The position numbers and the translations under genes are program-made. Source: Felis catus (Eukaryota). Taken from it: a stretch of 64,000 nt of DNA. Shown in pieces: positions 12,796 through 26,149 of this stretch. The stretch's first letter is position 1, and each line of letters starts with the position of its first letter. The notes beneath the pieces were generated by a model. It saw only the letters and a list, made by a program, of their open reading frames with translations, was not told where the DNA came from and made no database searches. The stretch covers positions 119,786,001 through 119,850,000 of the forward strand of contig NC_058368.1 of the NCBI RefSeq assembly GCF_018350175.1, read 5' to 3'.

Positions 12796-14271
12796 TTAAT
12801 TTATTTTTATTTCTGTATGGTATCATTGTGTATATTTAAGAAATAAGTTGTGAAATCTTTTTTAGTCTTTTATGAAATATTTTTCTTCTTTCCAAATGAG
12901 GCCCACTCAACTTAAAGGATAAACATAGACACAAAGATAGAGAAAGCCTCCATTCTTGAAGTGTGGTGGGCAAGGATGGAAGAAAGAAACTTGTTAAAAA
13001 AATAGTGAAAGCCAAAGAGAACAAAGTGTAACAGTGTCCCCCACCAGCCTATTTTTGTTTTTTAATAAGAGAATTAACTTTCTATTGAGAAATTAACTTC
13101 TATTAACCTCTTCTACTCTGCATTGGGCAGTTCTTACTTGGGTCTCATTGAATCCTCACACTAGATCTTTGAGATGGGTTTCATCATCCCTTTCACACAG
13201 AGACTGAGAGCCAGAACAAGTAACATGGCCAGTCACAGCTTGTCAAGTGCTAGGGTGGGGATCTAATGTGGGCTCATCTGATCCTGATGCTCTATGGAGG
13301 ATGTACTGTGATAAACTGTCACATTTCTGAACACATTTCACACTGCCTCTTCTCTGAAAGAAACCAATTAGTAGTGAGAGGAGGTGAAATGTTAGAAGGA
13401 ATCAATACATCCTCCTTTATTGCAGTGTTTAATGGACAGTTCTTTGCCAAACTGCCCAGTGCACTCTTAGAATACCTAAATTTGAAACTCTTGATCAATA
13501 CACCCTACAACTCCAGAAGAGAAGATAGCCACCTAGAGTAACATCCTCTTGACTGAACATCTAGGGCATTCATACCTCCTCTAAGGTTTTTTTTGTTTGT
13601 TGTTGTTGTTTTGTTTTGTTTTGTTTTTCCCAGGCAGAGAAGATAACAGCGGTTCAAAGTCAAGCTGATTTCTTGTAAAACCCAGGAGGTGTGATGTGGG
13701 TTGACACGTTCTTGGCATATTTTGAATGAAGTCTTCATTGGTAACATTTGAATCTTCCAAACCTTGTTAGTTTGGGAAATGAGCCAGGTCAATTTGTAAT
13801 CCTGATGACAGAGTCCTGAGACCAGACAAACTTCTGTTACTGTTTTGGGCCAAAATATTAGTACTCAATCCACTGGAGGTCTGGATACAGATGGCAGAAT
13901 AGACCTCAGAGACATATCCTGGAAGCTGTACATCTGCTCAGCCAACCCATAGAGCCATGGCTTCTTAAAACTCACATTCCATCCCTAAATTTGAGAGACT
14001 CCCAAGGATATCCTAAGAGAAGTGGTTGATTTGAGGTGTGCTTAGTGGGATATACAGAGACACACTTATTTGGGAGCATTTATTTCTTTGGGAACTTACT
14101 GAATAACGTGGAAGCAGAAGAAGGGTGGGAGGAGAGAGGAGTAGAGGGAAACTTGTATACAGTGCCATTTAATTTATTTTTAGTTCTGTATGGTGTCATT
14201 GTGTATATTTAAGAAATAATTTGTGAAATCTTTTTTGGTCTTTTATGAAATTTTTTCTTCTTTTCCAAATG
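12796..14271 (+). repeat. Diverged ~100-bp direct repeat pair (12796-12898 and 14169-14271)
   Basis: ttaatttattttta(t/g)ttctgtatggt(a/g)tcattgtgtatatttaagaaataa...tttccaaatg is present twice. Confidence 0.92.
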
Positions 14272-14997
14272 TGCTTTTTCTTAAGCCAGGAGAAACACAA
14301 GTTTTGTTTTTGTTTTTGTTTTTAATTAAAATCCTAATGATTAAAACTGGATATTAAAGTCCAATTCATATGACTGACCTCTCCAATATACAGGGGAATC
14401 CCATAAACTTAGAGCTGAGGCCCTTGAGTTTGCTATATTTTTTACGCTCTCCACTTTGTGTGGCTCAATTGGTTGGTGAACGTTGAAAGTTACCAAAACT
14501 GAAATGCCCCGAGAGATGTTAGGGTATCTTTCTCCCACCCTTGCTCCTGTGTCCACCTAATGTTCAGTCCCATTGGACAGCTGTAGGGACTGGAAAAGAA
14601 CATTCCCCACAGTGCCAAGGCACACTCTGCCTCACAAGACTGCAGTGGTGGCTTCATGGTATTTTTAAACAGTGGTTTAGGTCTATTGTGATTGATTTTC
14701 CAACTCCTATCCGTGATTGGCCTTTCCCACCAAGACCATTCACAGTAATCCTAGTCTTCTCATTGATTGGTTTAGCTGTGGGCTTACCGGGTCAGTTGGT
14801 CTCCTGAGACTTGCCTGAGGCTCTTGACAGCCAGTCTCTGGGAGACTCTACCTCCCCATCTTTAAAGTGGAGACATTAGTAGTACCTAATTTATGGATTA
14901 TTATAAAGATTACATGAGTTATTGTTTAGTAAATATCGAGCACATAATAAACACTCAGTGAAAGGACTGTTACTGTTTTTTAAAATGTGCTTGCCTT

Positions 14998-15222
14998 GGG
15001 GTGCCCGGGTGGCTCAGTAGGTTGAGCATCCAACTTCAGCTCAGGTCATGATCTTGAAGTTCGTGAGTTGGAGCCCCATATGGGGCTCTGTGCTGACAGC
15101 TCAGAGCCTGGAGCCTGCTTTGGATTCTGTGTCCCCTCTCTCTGCCCATCCCCTGCTTGTGTTCTGTCTCTCTCTGTCTCTCAAAAATGAATAAACATTA
15201 AAAAAATAATGAAAAATAAAAT
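14998..15222 (+). mobile_element. Can-SINE
   Basis: Full element; TSD-like aaaatgtgcttg / aaaatgtccttg. Confidence 0.95.
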
Positions 15223-15239
15223 AAAATGTCCTTGACTTT

Positions 15240-15600
15240 TATCCAGACATTCTGCTTCTAGGAAGTATGCTGAAAACATAATTAGTTATGAATGTGAGTG
15301 AAAAAATATATATAGTTATAGATAGATGTTCATTATAGTATTATTTATAATTGGGAACTGAATTATCCAAGAACTGTACAAGAGTAATTCACAATGAAGT
15401 TTTTACTGCAAGGAATACTCTGAAGCCATTAAAAGTCCCTTGGAAGAATTTTACTCAGTGACAGGGCAAGTAGTTTATGATATGTTATCTTACAAAGAGC
15501 AGATTGTTTTCCAAAGATAGATAGAAATAAGATGCAACTATATACCCATATAAATACAGGTATATGAAGACAGGCAGGATATCTACCAACAGTGGCAGAA
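15240..15600 (+). mobile_element. Old L1 (L1ME-like) fragment
   Basis: ccagacattctgcttctaggaagtatgctgaa...gatgttcattatagtattatttataa resembles the ORF2 end / 3' UTR. Confidence 0.55.
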
Positions 15601-16691
15601 AGATGTTTTTAAAAATTACAGGCCTTAAAACACTATACAAGTAATACATATTTAGCAGTACTTTTTTAAGACAGAAAAATATAGATATTTAGAAAATCAC
15701 CTCTAATCTTATTCACAGAATGTTGACAAAATCTGGGAGAAATGACTTTTAAATCTTAAAAGATTATCTCTATTTTCTTGTGTCTATTAATAAGCATTTC
15801 AAACCTTTCCTGCATGAAAATGCATTGCCATTTTACCTTTTAAAGCTACTCAAGGTATACACTGCTAAAAACATTTGGCCACAGATTTCTGCTGGCACTC
15901 TAATCAACTCCATTCTGCAAATATTTGTAAAGAGCCTACTAGATGCCAGGCCCTTTATTAGATGGCTCACAAAAATATACGCTGTCGGCTCTTTTAGAGT
16001 TAAGACTGTATCAAATCCTCCCAAAGCACAGAAAAAGGAACTGCATTTGACTTGGTTGTCTCTGTTAATCGAGGTGGGAGCTGGGGCTTTGCTTCCCCAT
16101 GTCCCTTCTGTCACGTACACAGGGGTTGAGCCAAAGGCTCCCAGACAGCTGCTCAGCGCCATCAGTAATGTCCATCATCCTTCATCCTTAGCACTCCTCA
16201 CCCTGGTTAAACATACACAACTGAAGCAAAAATAAAAGTGACTTCCAGTGCAGCTTCAACTAACCTCCTCTTCGAATCGCGTTTCTGTCCTATGTCCTCC
16301 CATGTATACGTGCTGGAGCTGCCTGCCTCTTCCTGAGGAAGGGAGCCAAGGTGATTTTAGGGGCTTCACTTACTTTGTTCATTCACTGATATGTCCTCAA
16401 AATGGAATACAATTTTCAGTCTAATTTTTTAGAATGAACACACAGAAGAGAGGAATCTTAGTCTTGATCTGTGCTCCTGTAAATGAGGTGTCTTCCACAA
16501 AGGGACAGTATAAGATGGTGCCTGTGAGGAAAGTGCTGGAGGACCCTCTGTTGGAAGGGCTGTGGAGGATTCTTACTTATCCCCTTCCTGAGCATTTCTC
16601 ATGGACTTCAGAGTGGCTGTAAAAACATGATGGCAACACAACTTCCCCTTCTGTGAGAGGAAATGACAAGGCAAAGGAAACTTGTTTTGAC

Positions 16692-16891
16692 TTTTCTTTT
16701 ATTTATTCTGAGAGAGACAGCGAGCGAGCGAGCATGTAGGGGGCAGGGGCAGAAAGAGCAGGAGAGAGAGAATCCCAAGCAGGCTCTGCACTGTCAGCAC
16801 AGAATCCGATGTGGAGCTCAGTCCCACCGACTGTGAGATCATGACCTGAACAGAGATCAAGTGTTGGATGCCTAACCAATTGAGCCACCCC
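16692..16891 (-). mobile_element. Can-SINE
   Basis: gagagaatcccaagcaggctctgcactgtcagcacag...tgagatcatgacctgaac...ctaaccaattgagccaccc. Confidence 0.93.
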
Positions 16892-18017
16892 TGAGAAAGC
16901 TGTCAAACTTATGTGTCCTAAGCAGTCTGTAAGGGACAATTTTAATAATTCTACTTCTGCCAGTGGACTTCAGTCCCAAGTGTAGGTGAGAAAGGTAAGC
17001 GTAGTTATGATGGCAGGAGGTTGGACTGACAAGACAGCATTGCAGAAAAAAAGCGTATAATATGTATGGCGATGTAGGGTACCGAGAAAAGCTGATGGAA
17101 CATGATTGTTGAATTGGTGGTGGAAGTGAGTGACAATGTTTGGGGTTTGTTTTCTATGGCTGTGATGAGGTAAGAGATCAGTAGAAAACAAACAGCAGGA
17201 ATATTAAATATACTAAAACAAAGAAACAAAAAAGCACATTAGCATTGATGGGTCAGATTCCCATAGTATCCATCTGCTGCTAGACATAAGCATTAATAAA
17301 ATCTCAACTTTTGCCATCAAAAATTTTCTGCCAAACATAGCCAAACATATTGTGTCTTAAGCTAAAGGTGAACATTTTTTACCTTGATGGCCTTGGGGCT
17401 CCTGGGGCATGAATGAACCTTAGCTTGTCCCTGTGATCACACATGAAAATACCAAACCCATCACTCGGTTTTATTATCAGAGGGTAGATCAGAATTTAGA
17501 AAGTGCAGCTACAGTTTGTCGTCGTTGTTGTTTTTTCAGATTCTGGTGACAGAAGCAATTGCTACAGATTTATGAATGCTGTTACTTTAATTTAATGGTA
17601 CTCAAGGTATAGGTAAATCTTATAAACAATACTGCTCTTCCCTGTTTGGGAGCCAGGAAGTGATGACTGACTTCTTTATGATTACAACATCCTTGTCGTG
17701 GCAAGCTGAAAATTTATGTGATAAAGTTGATTCATGCGGGTAGTCAACCTGGAATATTCAGAGCCTCCAGAACTATTTTTGCCTCTCAGTGGTAGTGGTG
17801 TTGGTAGTGGTAGTAAACTTTTACGGAGCCCACAGTATGCCAGGTGCTGTCAGTTATATTCACACTGACAGGGCTCTCGAATTAGTGTTTGGAATGTATT
17901 ATCTTATTTTGTTTTTGCTGTAACCCATTGAGGCAGATGCTTTTATTATTCCTGCATTTTACAGATCAGAAACTGAGATTTAAAGGGATCTGTTAACTTG
18001 TTTAAGAGGTAAACAGC

Positions 18018-18250
18018 GGGGCGCCTGGGTGGCGCAGTCGGTTAAGCATCCGACTTCAGCCAGGTCACGATCTCGCGGTCCGTGAGTTCGAGCCCCGCGT
18101 CAGGCTCTGGGCTGACGGCTCAGAACCTGGAGCCTGTTTCTGATTCTGTGTCTCCCTCTCTCTCTGCCCCTCCCCCGTTCATGCTTTGTCTCTCTCTGTC
18201 CCCCCCAAAAAAAAATAATAAACGTTGAAAAAAAATTTATAAAAAAAAAA
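18018..18250 (+). mobile_element. Young feline Can-SINE (SINEC_Fc-like)
   Basis: Near-consensus, CpGs retained, long A tail, perfect 14-bp TSD aagaggtaaacagc (18004-18017 / 18251-18264). Confidence 0.97.
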
Positions 18251-19091
18251 AAGAGGTAAACAGCAGGTTTTGACTTGGAAAGCCGAGTTATCAGGCACTA
18301 TGCAGTTAAACGCCCATTTATAACGATCCCTGGAATTATCAGAATAATTTCTCACTTACTTTCATTTCACTGGGAACAAAAGAGATTTGGCAATTAGCAG
18401 GTTTATTAACCAATGCAGGTGATTAATACAAATATTACAGTTAAACCCCAGAATATTCACATGATAGATACTGTAAGTACTTTGTTCTTTTTTTTTTTTT
18501 TTTTTTTTTTTCTTGACTGGGAGGCATGGATTCTTTGGAACATTGGGGAGTGCTCAACCACAGCAAATTGAGATAAAGCATAACTGTCTTGGGAGTAATG
18601 AAAGCATGGGCAGAGGAAATTTCTCCCACAAGTTTTTAGGCTATGTCATCTGCTGTTCCTAGAGTTGACATATCTGGTAAAACAAACAAACAAATAAAAA
18701 ACTATAGAAATGTGCATTATATTCTTATGTAGGAGAGGTTGGTCAGGCAGCCCAATAACAAAACTCTTGCTAGAGACTGGACCACAAACTCCTTGGAGAG
18801 TACCTTGTGCCCAGGGGTCTTTAATCACCCAGCTAGCATCATGTTAGGTCTTTAGGGCTTGTTACAGGAGCTAGGGGAGGAAGCAGGAAGGACTGCAGGA
18901 GGGAGGGATGTTGGGATTATGTATGAAAAAAATCTGGCTGTGACCTTTGCTTAGTTGCACTTCTTTTAAAAATATAGAAGTTATTGCTTTATTTGAATAC
19001 AGAAAGGTTTTATGTTATATTTGTTGAACTGTTCTTAATAGAACATACATGAGTATGTATGCGTGCATGGGCCCCCGAGTATGCATACACC

Positions 19092-19098
19092 GCACACG

Positions 19099-19140
<42 letters not shown>
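19092..19140. repeat. (CG/CA)n microsatellite
   Basis: cgcacacgcacgcgcgcgca(ca)n seen directly. Confidence 0.95.
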
Positions 19141-19144
<4 letters not shown>

Positions 19145-20232
19145 AATAAATGAAATTTTGAAACCTTGGAAACTTCATGCTGAAAAACTGATGGGGTAAT
19201 AAAAAGGACAGGACCACATCTCTTTGCCTATATTCATTTCTAAGTCTCACTTTCCTGCCCAGACTTCTGTCCTACTAAAACTTCTCTAGAAATCTGTGGT
19301 AAAGTACAGAAGTGTTCCAGCATGGGTATGCTCTAAAGACCGTGGTGATCTTTGTGGCTCAAGGAAAGGTACATCCATTGTCACTTATTAGGCCTATTGT
19401 TGGACATGTTGTTTCTGAGTTTCTAATATTCGAAGGTATTTTAGAGACACAAGCACCTCCATGCTATAAACTGCGAAAGTGGTCTCACCCAGCTTTCCTG
19501 AAGACAAGTGTGCTTGCTCTGACGTATGTTGCTTTGGGACATTAATTCGAGTTCTGTCTAAACATTCTCTCGTGAACCTTTATTCCAGTAAATCCTACTG
19601 TGGACCATCATCCCTGGACAAATCCAGTTGTGTAAAAAGAGCAAATGTGTTATATTTCCCTCCTGTCCCTCCTTTTGAAACAATTTCCTGAAATACTTTG
19701 AACATTTTTATCTAGATTAAAGAGAACTTCCCTTTTTCCTACTCATTTTCAAAACATAAAAATATTTTTATCAAGCATAAATTATATACTGCTTATTATA
19801 GACATTTAAGCAGTGGAGAATTATATAAATTAGAAATGGAAGTTCTTGTAACCTCATCCCAACTGTAATGATGATGATAATGAAAATCGAAATAACATAT
19901 TTATTAAGTACTTTGTGCCATGCTCAACTTTTGGACTCCTTAGCAGATATATCTCTCGTAATAGTTCTAGGGGGTAAGTACTATTATTTCCCAGCTTAGT
20001 ATGTGAGGGAACTAAGGGATAAAAGGTTAAAGGGACCTATACCACATACGTAGTCAATAGCGAAGCCAGACCCTAATTACTATATTAAGGCATTATCCCT
20101 GGGGACCCTATTCAAAATGTTAAAAAAAAGAAATCATAAAAGATGAGCTATGCACATCATAATACTTTAACTTAAAATATACATCATTTATACATTAATT
20201 CCTTAACCATTGGTGTAACACCAAGGCTATTT

Positions 20233-20462
20233 CTTTTTTTTTTTTTTTAATGTTTACTTATTTATTTTGAGAGATCTAGAGCGCGCAAGCGGGGTAGAGG
20301 CAGGGAGAGAGGGAGAGGGAGAATCCTAAGCAGACTCTGTGCTGTCAGCACAGAGCCCCCCATGTGGGCCTCAAACTCAGGAACTGTGAGATCATGAGCT
20401 GAACCTAAATCAAGAGTCAGACACTTAATCCTTTAACAGACTGAGCTCCCCAGGAGCCCCCC
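20233..20462 (-). mobile_element. Can-SINE
   Basis: Full element; TSD aggctatttctt on both sides. Confidence 0.95.
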
Positions 20463-20535
20463 AGGCTATTTCTTAAGTTTGGCTACGCCAACTGACTTTT
20501 GCTTTGCTTTTCTTTTTTTAATTTTTGATGTGTAA

Positions 20536-20736
20536 CTTTTTTTTTTTTTTTGAGAGAGAGAATGACATAGTATGAGCTGAGGAGGGGCAGAGAGAGAGGA
20601 AAACACAGAATCTGAAGCGGACTCCAGGCTCTGAGCTATCAGAACAGAGCCCCATGTGGGGCTCAAACTCGTGAACCATGAAGTCATGACCTGAGCCGAA
20701 GTTGACGCTTAACCAACTGAGCCATCTGGGAGCCCC
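20536..20736 (-). mobile_element. Can-SINE
   Basis: Reverse head gcttaaccaactgagccatctgggagcccc; acagaatctgaagcggactccaggctctgagct body. Confidence 0.93.
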
Positions 20737-21486
20737 AGTTTTTGCTTTTCTTAAATAAGCAACACCCATAATATAATTTTCAATTGTAACTTTATAGCAG
20801 GTGGTAAATTTTTCAGAGGTTTTGTTTGTTTTTTTTAGCAATTAATTTAGTTTTCATAGAAGCAACTCTTTTTGTTCTTATATTTTACCAGTTGATGTAA
20901 TTTTAAAAGAAACTGGATCATTATAACAGCAAATATAAAATTGGCTTTAACCAACTTGGGCACAAGAACCACTGATTATTGGTGAGCAAACAGTAGATCT
21001 GGTGAGGCAGTGGTGCCTGGGGCTTACTAGCTCTAAGCACTCAGCACTGCCCTGGGCACCAGCCTGTACTTTTGAGCCTGTCGGTACTTGGCTAACGTCA
21101 AGTTCAGATAAGAGAACTTCTTTATGATGAAATTATCAAGCATGCTGAGAGGCACCCCTGCAGAAGTTACTCATGGAGAGGAAGCTATTCTCTTTTTCCA
21201 TGTTCCATATATCTCAGGGGATGTGTTTATCAAAGCCGTTTATCTACTTCTTTTTCTAGTTTTTTTTTTTTTTTTTTTTTGCATCTTTCGTATGAAGTTC
21301 ATATACCTCTCTCAGTTAGTCTTGGTAACCACGTCTTCAAAACATGAACATTAAAGAGTACGGTGAATTTCCCAGGAAGGAAAAATTCTAAAGCCACTCC
21401 CCAGAGACTGGGCTGATAAAGTAAAAATGAAACATAACTGAAGAAATTAATAGCATAAATCCAGCATTAAGAACTGCCTTTTTTGA

Positions 21487-21719
21487 GGGGGCACCTGAGT
21501 GGGTCACTCGGTTAGGCATCTCACGTCAGCTCAGATCATAATCTCACGTCTCATGAGTTTGAGCCCTCTGTGGGGCTCTGTGCTGACAGCTCGGAGTCTG
21601 GAGTCTGCTTCAGATTCTGTCTCCCTCTCTCTGCCCCTCCCCCGCTTGTGGGCACACGCCCTCTGTCTCTGTCTCTCTCTCTCAAATATAAATAAACATT
21701 TATTAAAAAAAAAAAAAAA
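21487..21719 (+). mobile_element. Can-SINE
   Basis: Full element; TSD-like aagaactgcct / aagaactacct. Confidence 0.94.
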
Positions 21720-21764
21720 GAACTACCTCCCCCCCCCCCCCCCAGGGGGAAGCCAACCTTTTTA

Positions 21765-22230
21765 ACTTAAGCATGGCCTATAAGGCCCTGTATGATCTGG
21801 CCCTGCCTCTCCTAGCACAACCAACCTACCATGCTTGATCCTGCCACGTTTGTCTGGGCTCAGTCCCTCTGCCCTTGTTCCTTCTTGGCATGTACACCTT
21901 CACCTTTTTGTTCCTATACCACTAAGCACATTTCTTCAAATCCCTGCTTGTGCCCTCCTCCCTCTGATTCCTTCCTGCACTTACCCCCTGACGCAGAGCC
22001 CAGTGGTTCCTTCACTCTGACTTTACTGTGTGGCTCCCCCTCTACCTTGTATTTCTATTTTAGCACACATCAGCCAGATTTGCAATTAAACTGTAGCTTG
22101 TGTGGCACTCCTCCTACAGTGTGAAATCTAGGAGGGCAGAGATGGGGTTTTATTCATCTGTACTTCCCCAGGGTCTGTGCCCCTGGTTGGCAAATAATAA
22201 TGCTCAACAAACATCTGCTGAATGAGTGAA
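21765..22230 (+). mobile_element. L2 3' fragment
   Basis: gcatggcctataaggccctgtatgatctggccctgcc...ctcaacaaacatctgctgaatgagtgaa (L2 3' terminus). Confidence 0.75.
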
Positions 22231-23189
22231 CAAGTACTCTGGGGGAAGCATGCTTTCCACTCAGTCTGCCACCACACTGAGACTGGCAGGCATGAATGTT
22301 CTCTGGCTGTGATGCATTCTCCTGCCTCCACTGCTTCCCTTCAACCCTGGGTAGGGGAGATTGAAGAAGGAAGCTTCTTATAGTGGCCACCCTTGCAAAT
22401 CTCCTTCTAGCCTTGAAAGAGGGATCAAAGGCACAGCTCTGAACTGCCTGCTCAAGCCTTTTTTAGTACTTTCCCTTTGTAGCTAGGGACCAAGGGGAAG
22501 ATTTTCTGTATATGTTATCAGAGGCTTTGATCTAACTTGGTTGATGCGGATGGAACCTTGTTCACACACACTACGTTGCCAGTGAGACTATCGTATAATG
22601 CAATAAGGAAGGGGATGTCTGTGTGACAGCCCGGTGACACCGAAGAAATGTATGAGATTATTACATTAGGAGTAGTGTATTCTCAGCAGATGCTGGTTTG
22701 CGTGCATAATGTGATTCTTGGGGTGCCACAGCAGGTATCCTCTGTTACAGGAAGGTAATTGCATTACCTTGCCGCTTTCAGACTCATTAAGCGGAAGCTT
22801 GAGCTCTCCCTAAGTATTGTGAGTCCTGCTCATGTTCGCAACTATTCCTCTGCAGTTACCTTTCTGTCAGGCCTTGCATCTCGTTGGCCCTGCCTGACAG
22901 CTGGACCCCAGATACTTCTTAGCACTAGCCTAGGCCTGCCCTGTGTTATTGCAGAAACATTCTTTGAGGATGGGGACACTATCTCTGCATTCTCCAAAGT
23001 GAACTGTGCCACTACTGATGATTTTAGGTGGATGTTTGGATCAACATTTACAAATGTTTCATTGTTCTATGTTTATGTTAATGTGTGTTAGAAAGAGTTA
23101 AACTGGTACCTAAAACCTGTGACTTCGTGGATTTGATGTTTAGGAGACCAAAGTAGGTGCTGAAGGAAAACTTAAATTTGGAAATAACT

Positions 23190-23375
23190 AGGAAAGTGGA
23201 TCTTGAACGTTTGCACCACAAGAAAAAAAAAAAAAAAAGGAAGTAACTATGTGACGGATGTTAACCGGGCTTCTGTCGTGATCATTTTGCAGTATATACC
23301 AATATTGAATGATAACGTTGTACACTTGAAACTAACATGATGTTATGTCAGTTATACCTCAATTTAAAAAAAAGA
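23190..23375 (+). mobile_element. L1 3' end fragment
   Basis: gtaactatgtgacggatgttaacc...gttgtacacttgaaactaacatgatgttatgtcagttatacctcaattt plus A tail. Confidence 0.85.
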
Positions 23376-23424
23376 AAATAATAAAGGAAAATATAAGAAA
23401 ATAGTATTAAAAATAGTTTGAGGA

Positions 23425-23590
23425 GGGGCGCCTAGGTGGCTCAGTCAGTTGAGCATCTGACTCTTGATTTCAGCTCACGTCATGATCTCATGGTTCAGGG
23501 GTTTGAGCCCCACGTCGGACCTGCTTGGAATTTTCACTCTCTACCTCACTCTGTACCTCCCCCCAACCAAAATAAATAAACTTAAAAAAA
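23425..23590 (+). mobile_element. Can-SINE with internal deletion
   Basis: ggggcgcctaggtggctcagtcagttgag head; body jumps from cacgtcgg to acctgcttgg. Confidence 0.9.
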
Positions 23591-25184
23591 TAATTTGAAA
23601 TAGTTAAGGTGATATTCCAATAACCAAATTGTGGAAATACTGTGATATAGTATAATTCCTGATACGTAGTATGTTCTTGATAGGTATTTATTGGAATGAA
23701 TGAGTAATAAAAATAATAATATTAGCTAAAATTTATTATACGATGATACTGTGCCCAGTCACTGGGCCAGAAATGTTACATACAAAATGCCATTTAGTTC
23801 TGACTTGTAAGTTGCCCTTTTGTCTTCCTTTTATAAAGAAGCTGAGGCATAGAGAGTAACTTACACAGGGTCCCCCAGCTAGTGGTGATAGGTCTGCTCT
23901 CCCTTGTCACCAAACCGCAAGTGTATTTCTTTGAATCCCTAGATAATAGATTTTGAAAGTTAAAATGGGGTTTTTATTTCCAGCCCCACCTGGGTTCCCT
24001 AAGGTGGTAAAAATATTCCAACACGTTAAAAGTTAGCTCAATTAGCTGTGTGGTCATGAGTGTGCCGCCACGCTTGTGCCTTTGATAAATCACGCTGGAC
24101 CCTGCCCGTTTGCACAGCATGTATGTTGTGAAGTCTTAGAGGTCCCTGGACACGCCTTTTAGTTTCTGCTTCTGTCCCTTCCTCTAGAACTCCTCTTCAG
24201 TGTCACTGCCAATGTTGTGAGAATGTTCTGTCACATCTCAAGCTGAGATTCCTGAGGACTTTGTCATATAATGACCCAAACAGTACTCTATCTCAGACAC
24301 CTTTTATGACAATGATGGTGCTGTACTGTGCTTTGGACAGCTATGCTGCTTGATGCAAGCAGTGGCTCTGATGGTCACCAAGACATGAATGTCAATGGTG
24401 CACATGAAGGTGCTGAGAGTGGGATAAAAGAGATTTTCAAAATTACTATACTGTTTTTTGCTGATTTTACATATAGATGTATAAGTAACTAACTTATTTT
24501 GCCCATTTCACTCATAAACAGCTATACATTTTAAGTGACCAAAAGCTTCCCACCCCACTCTTTATATTTATAGTATGTCTGTGCTGTGCTGGGCACAACG
24601 ATCTATTAGCCAGAGCTGTAAGAATGGGCTAAGTATTGATTAAGTCTCGCAATCTGATAAATAAAACCTGGTTAAATTCTTGAAAGCCATTCTCAGATCT
24701 TTGGGAAATCTCAGGATACCAGTAGCTTCTAATTTACCACAATTGTAATCTTTTTAAGTTTAAGACTATTTGCATTCTCTATAAATAGTCCCCACTAGGT
24801 GAAATTAGAGGGCTAAAAAGGAAGAGGCCTTTGGAAAAATATATTACAGAGTTTTCTTAGTTTCATTAAAATTATAAATTGTTCCTCACACCTTGATTTC
24901 TTCTGTGTGACTCATTTACTACTTATGATAGGACATGAGTGTTAAGGTTTGGAATAATTTCCGAGCTGAGTGGTTATTTTTCTCTTCTTTTGCTTTTCAC
25001 TTTTTTTTCATGCTTGTTTAGGGAAGAGATGGGTCAGACCGTAAGTAGATAATGAGGATCATGGGCATTTCATATATGAAGCAAATGCCACTTTCTGACA
25101 AAAACTTCTCTAGTATATCTGGGAAGGCCAACGATCTCATCATTGATCATTAAGACTGGAAGGGCCCTTTGAAAATCCTCTTTC

Positions 25185-25370
25185 TAGAATTCCTCAAAAT
25201 GTGGGTTATGCGTCTCATGGACTTCAGAGTCACCTGGGGGTAAAAAATACACATGCCTGATTTCCACTCTAGACCTTCTGAATTAGTGTCTCCAAGGGAG
25301 ACCAGGAAATACAGATTTTTCAGAAGCTCCTTAGGAAAGTCTTATGAACATTAGTTTGGTAAACACTTGA
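25185..25370. mobile_element. MER5-like hAT MITE
   Basis: cagagtcacctggggg...aaaatacacatgcctg...ctgaattagtgtctc...tttggtaaacact. Confidence 0.7.
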
Positions 25371-26060
25371 TTCTGATCTCCTCATAGTACATAGAGATTG
25401 AGGTGTAATGCAGTGAAGTGACTTATCAATGATAAAGTAGGCAGTAAATAACAAATCACCCTGCTTGGCTATTCAAAACCACGTAGGTGAGCTCCAATTT
25501 TTAATTCATTTGACGTGCATCTTTCTGCCTCAGCTGTGTAGTTATGTAACTTAATTACTTCTTAGTTTGATTTGACGGCTTTATTCTATTAGATAAGATG
25601 TGTTAATTACTCTGATGGCAATATGTGGTAATAATGGCTCAGTGTTACATTAATAATTTCAAGATCATGAATAATATGCAACACCTCGGTGTCTGAGACA
25701 TTATTAATTTGTTTCACCAGTGCTGAAGTATTTAAAATTCAGTTTCAAGCATGTCTTCTCAGAGGAAAAAAGAATAATACATGTACTGAAAAGCCTTTCC
25801 TTTATTCTGCTATTAACTCTGTCCTTGCTACACAATTTGCTGTATATTGTGCCTAATTAGTGAGGTACACAACCAATTTCATTTTATTTTTTAAAAATAT
25901 AAGTAAATCAAAACAAATCTTTGTTGATAAAGGGGAAAGAGTAGAGGCAATATAAATCTTGTGCAATTTTATCACTTTAATGAATCTCAAGGGAGAAGAA
26001 TAATTCCTCAGGTAGAATTTTTTATTAGCTTGAGTTTTTGAGTAGATGTAAAGTCATGTT

Positions 26061-26061
<1 letters not shown>

Positions 26062-26112
<51 letters not shown>
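26062..26112. repeat. (CA)n microsatellite
   Basis: Seen directly. Confidence 0.97.
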
Positions 26113-26113
<1 letters not shown>

Positions 26114-26149
26114 CCTGCTTCTCACTTACCTGATAATTAAGCAGTGGAT

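Noticed and set aside
15780..16235. 151-aa ORF with an overlapping antisense ORF
   Set aside because: No recognisable homology, non-ATG start, and no convincing splice boundaries.
18018..18100. tRNA-like sequence with Pol III A/B boxes
   Set aside because: It is the tRNA-derived head of a Can-SINE, not a tRNA gene; the same applies to the other copies.
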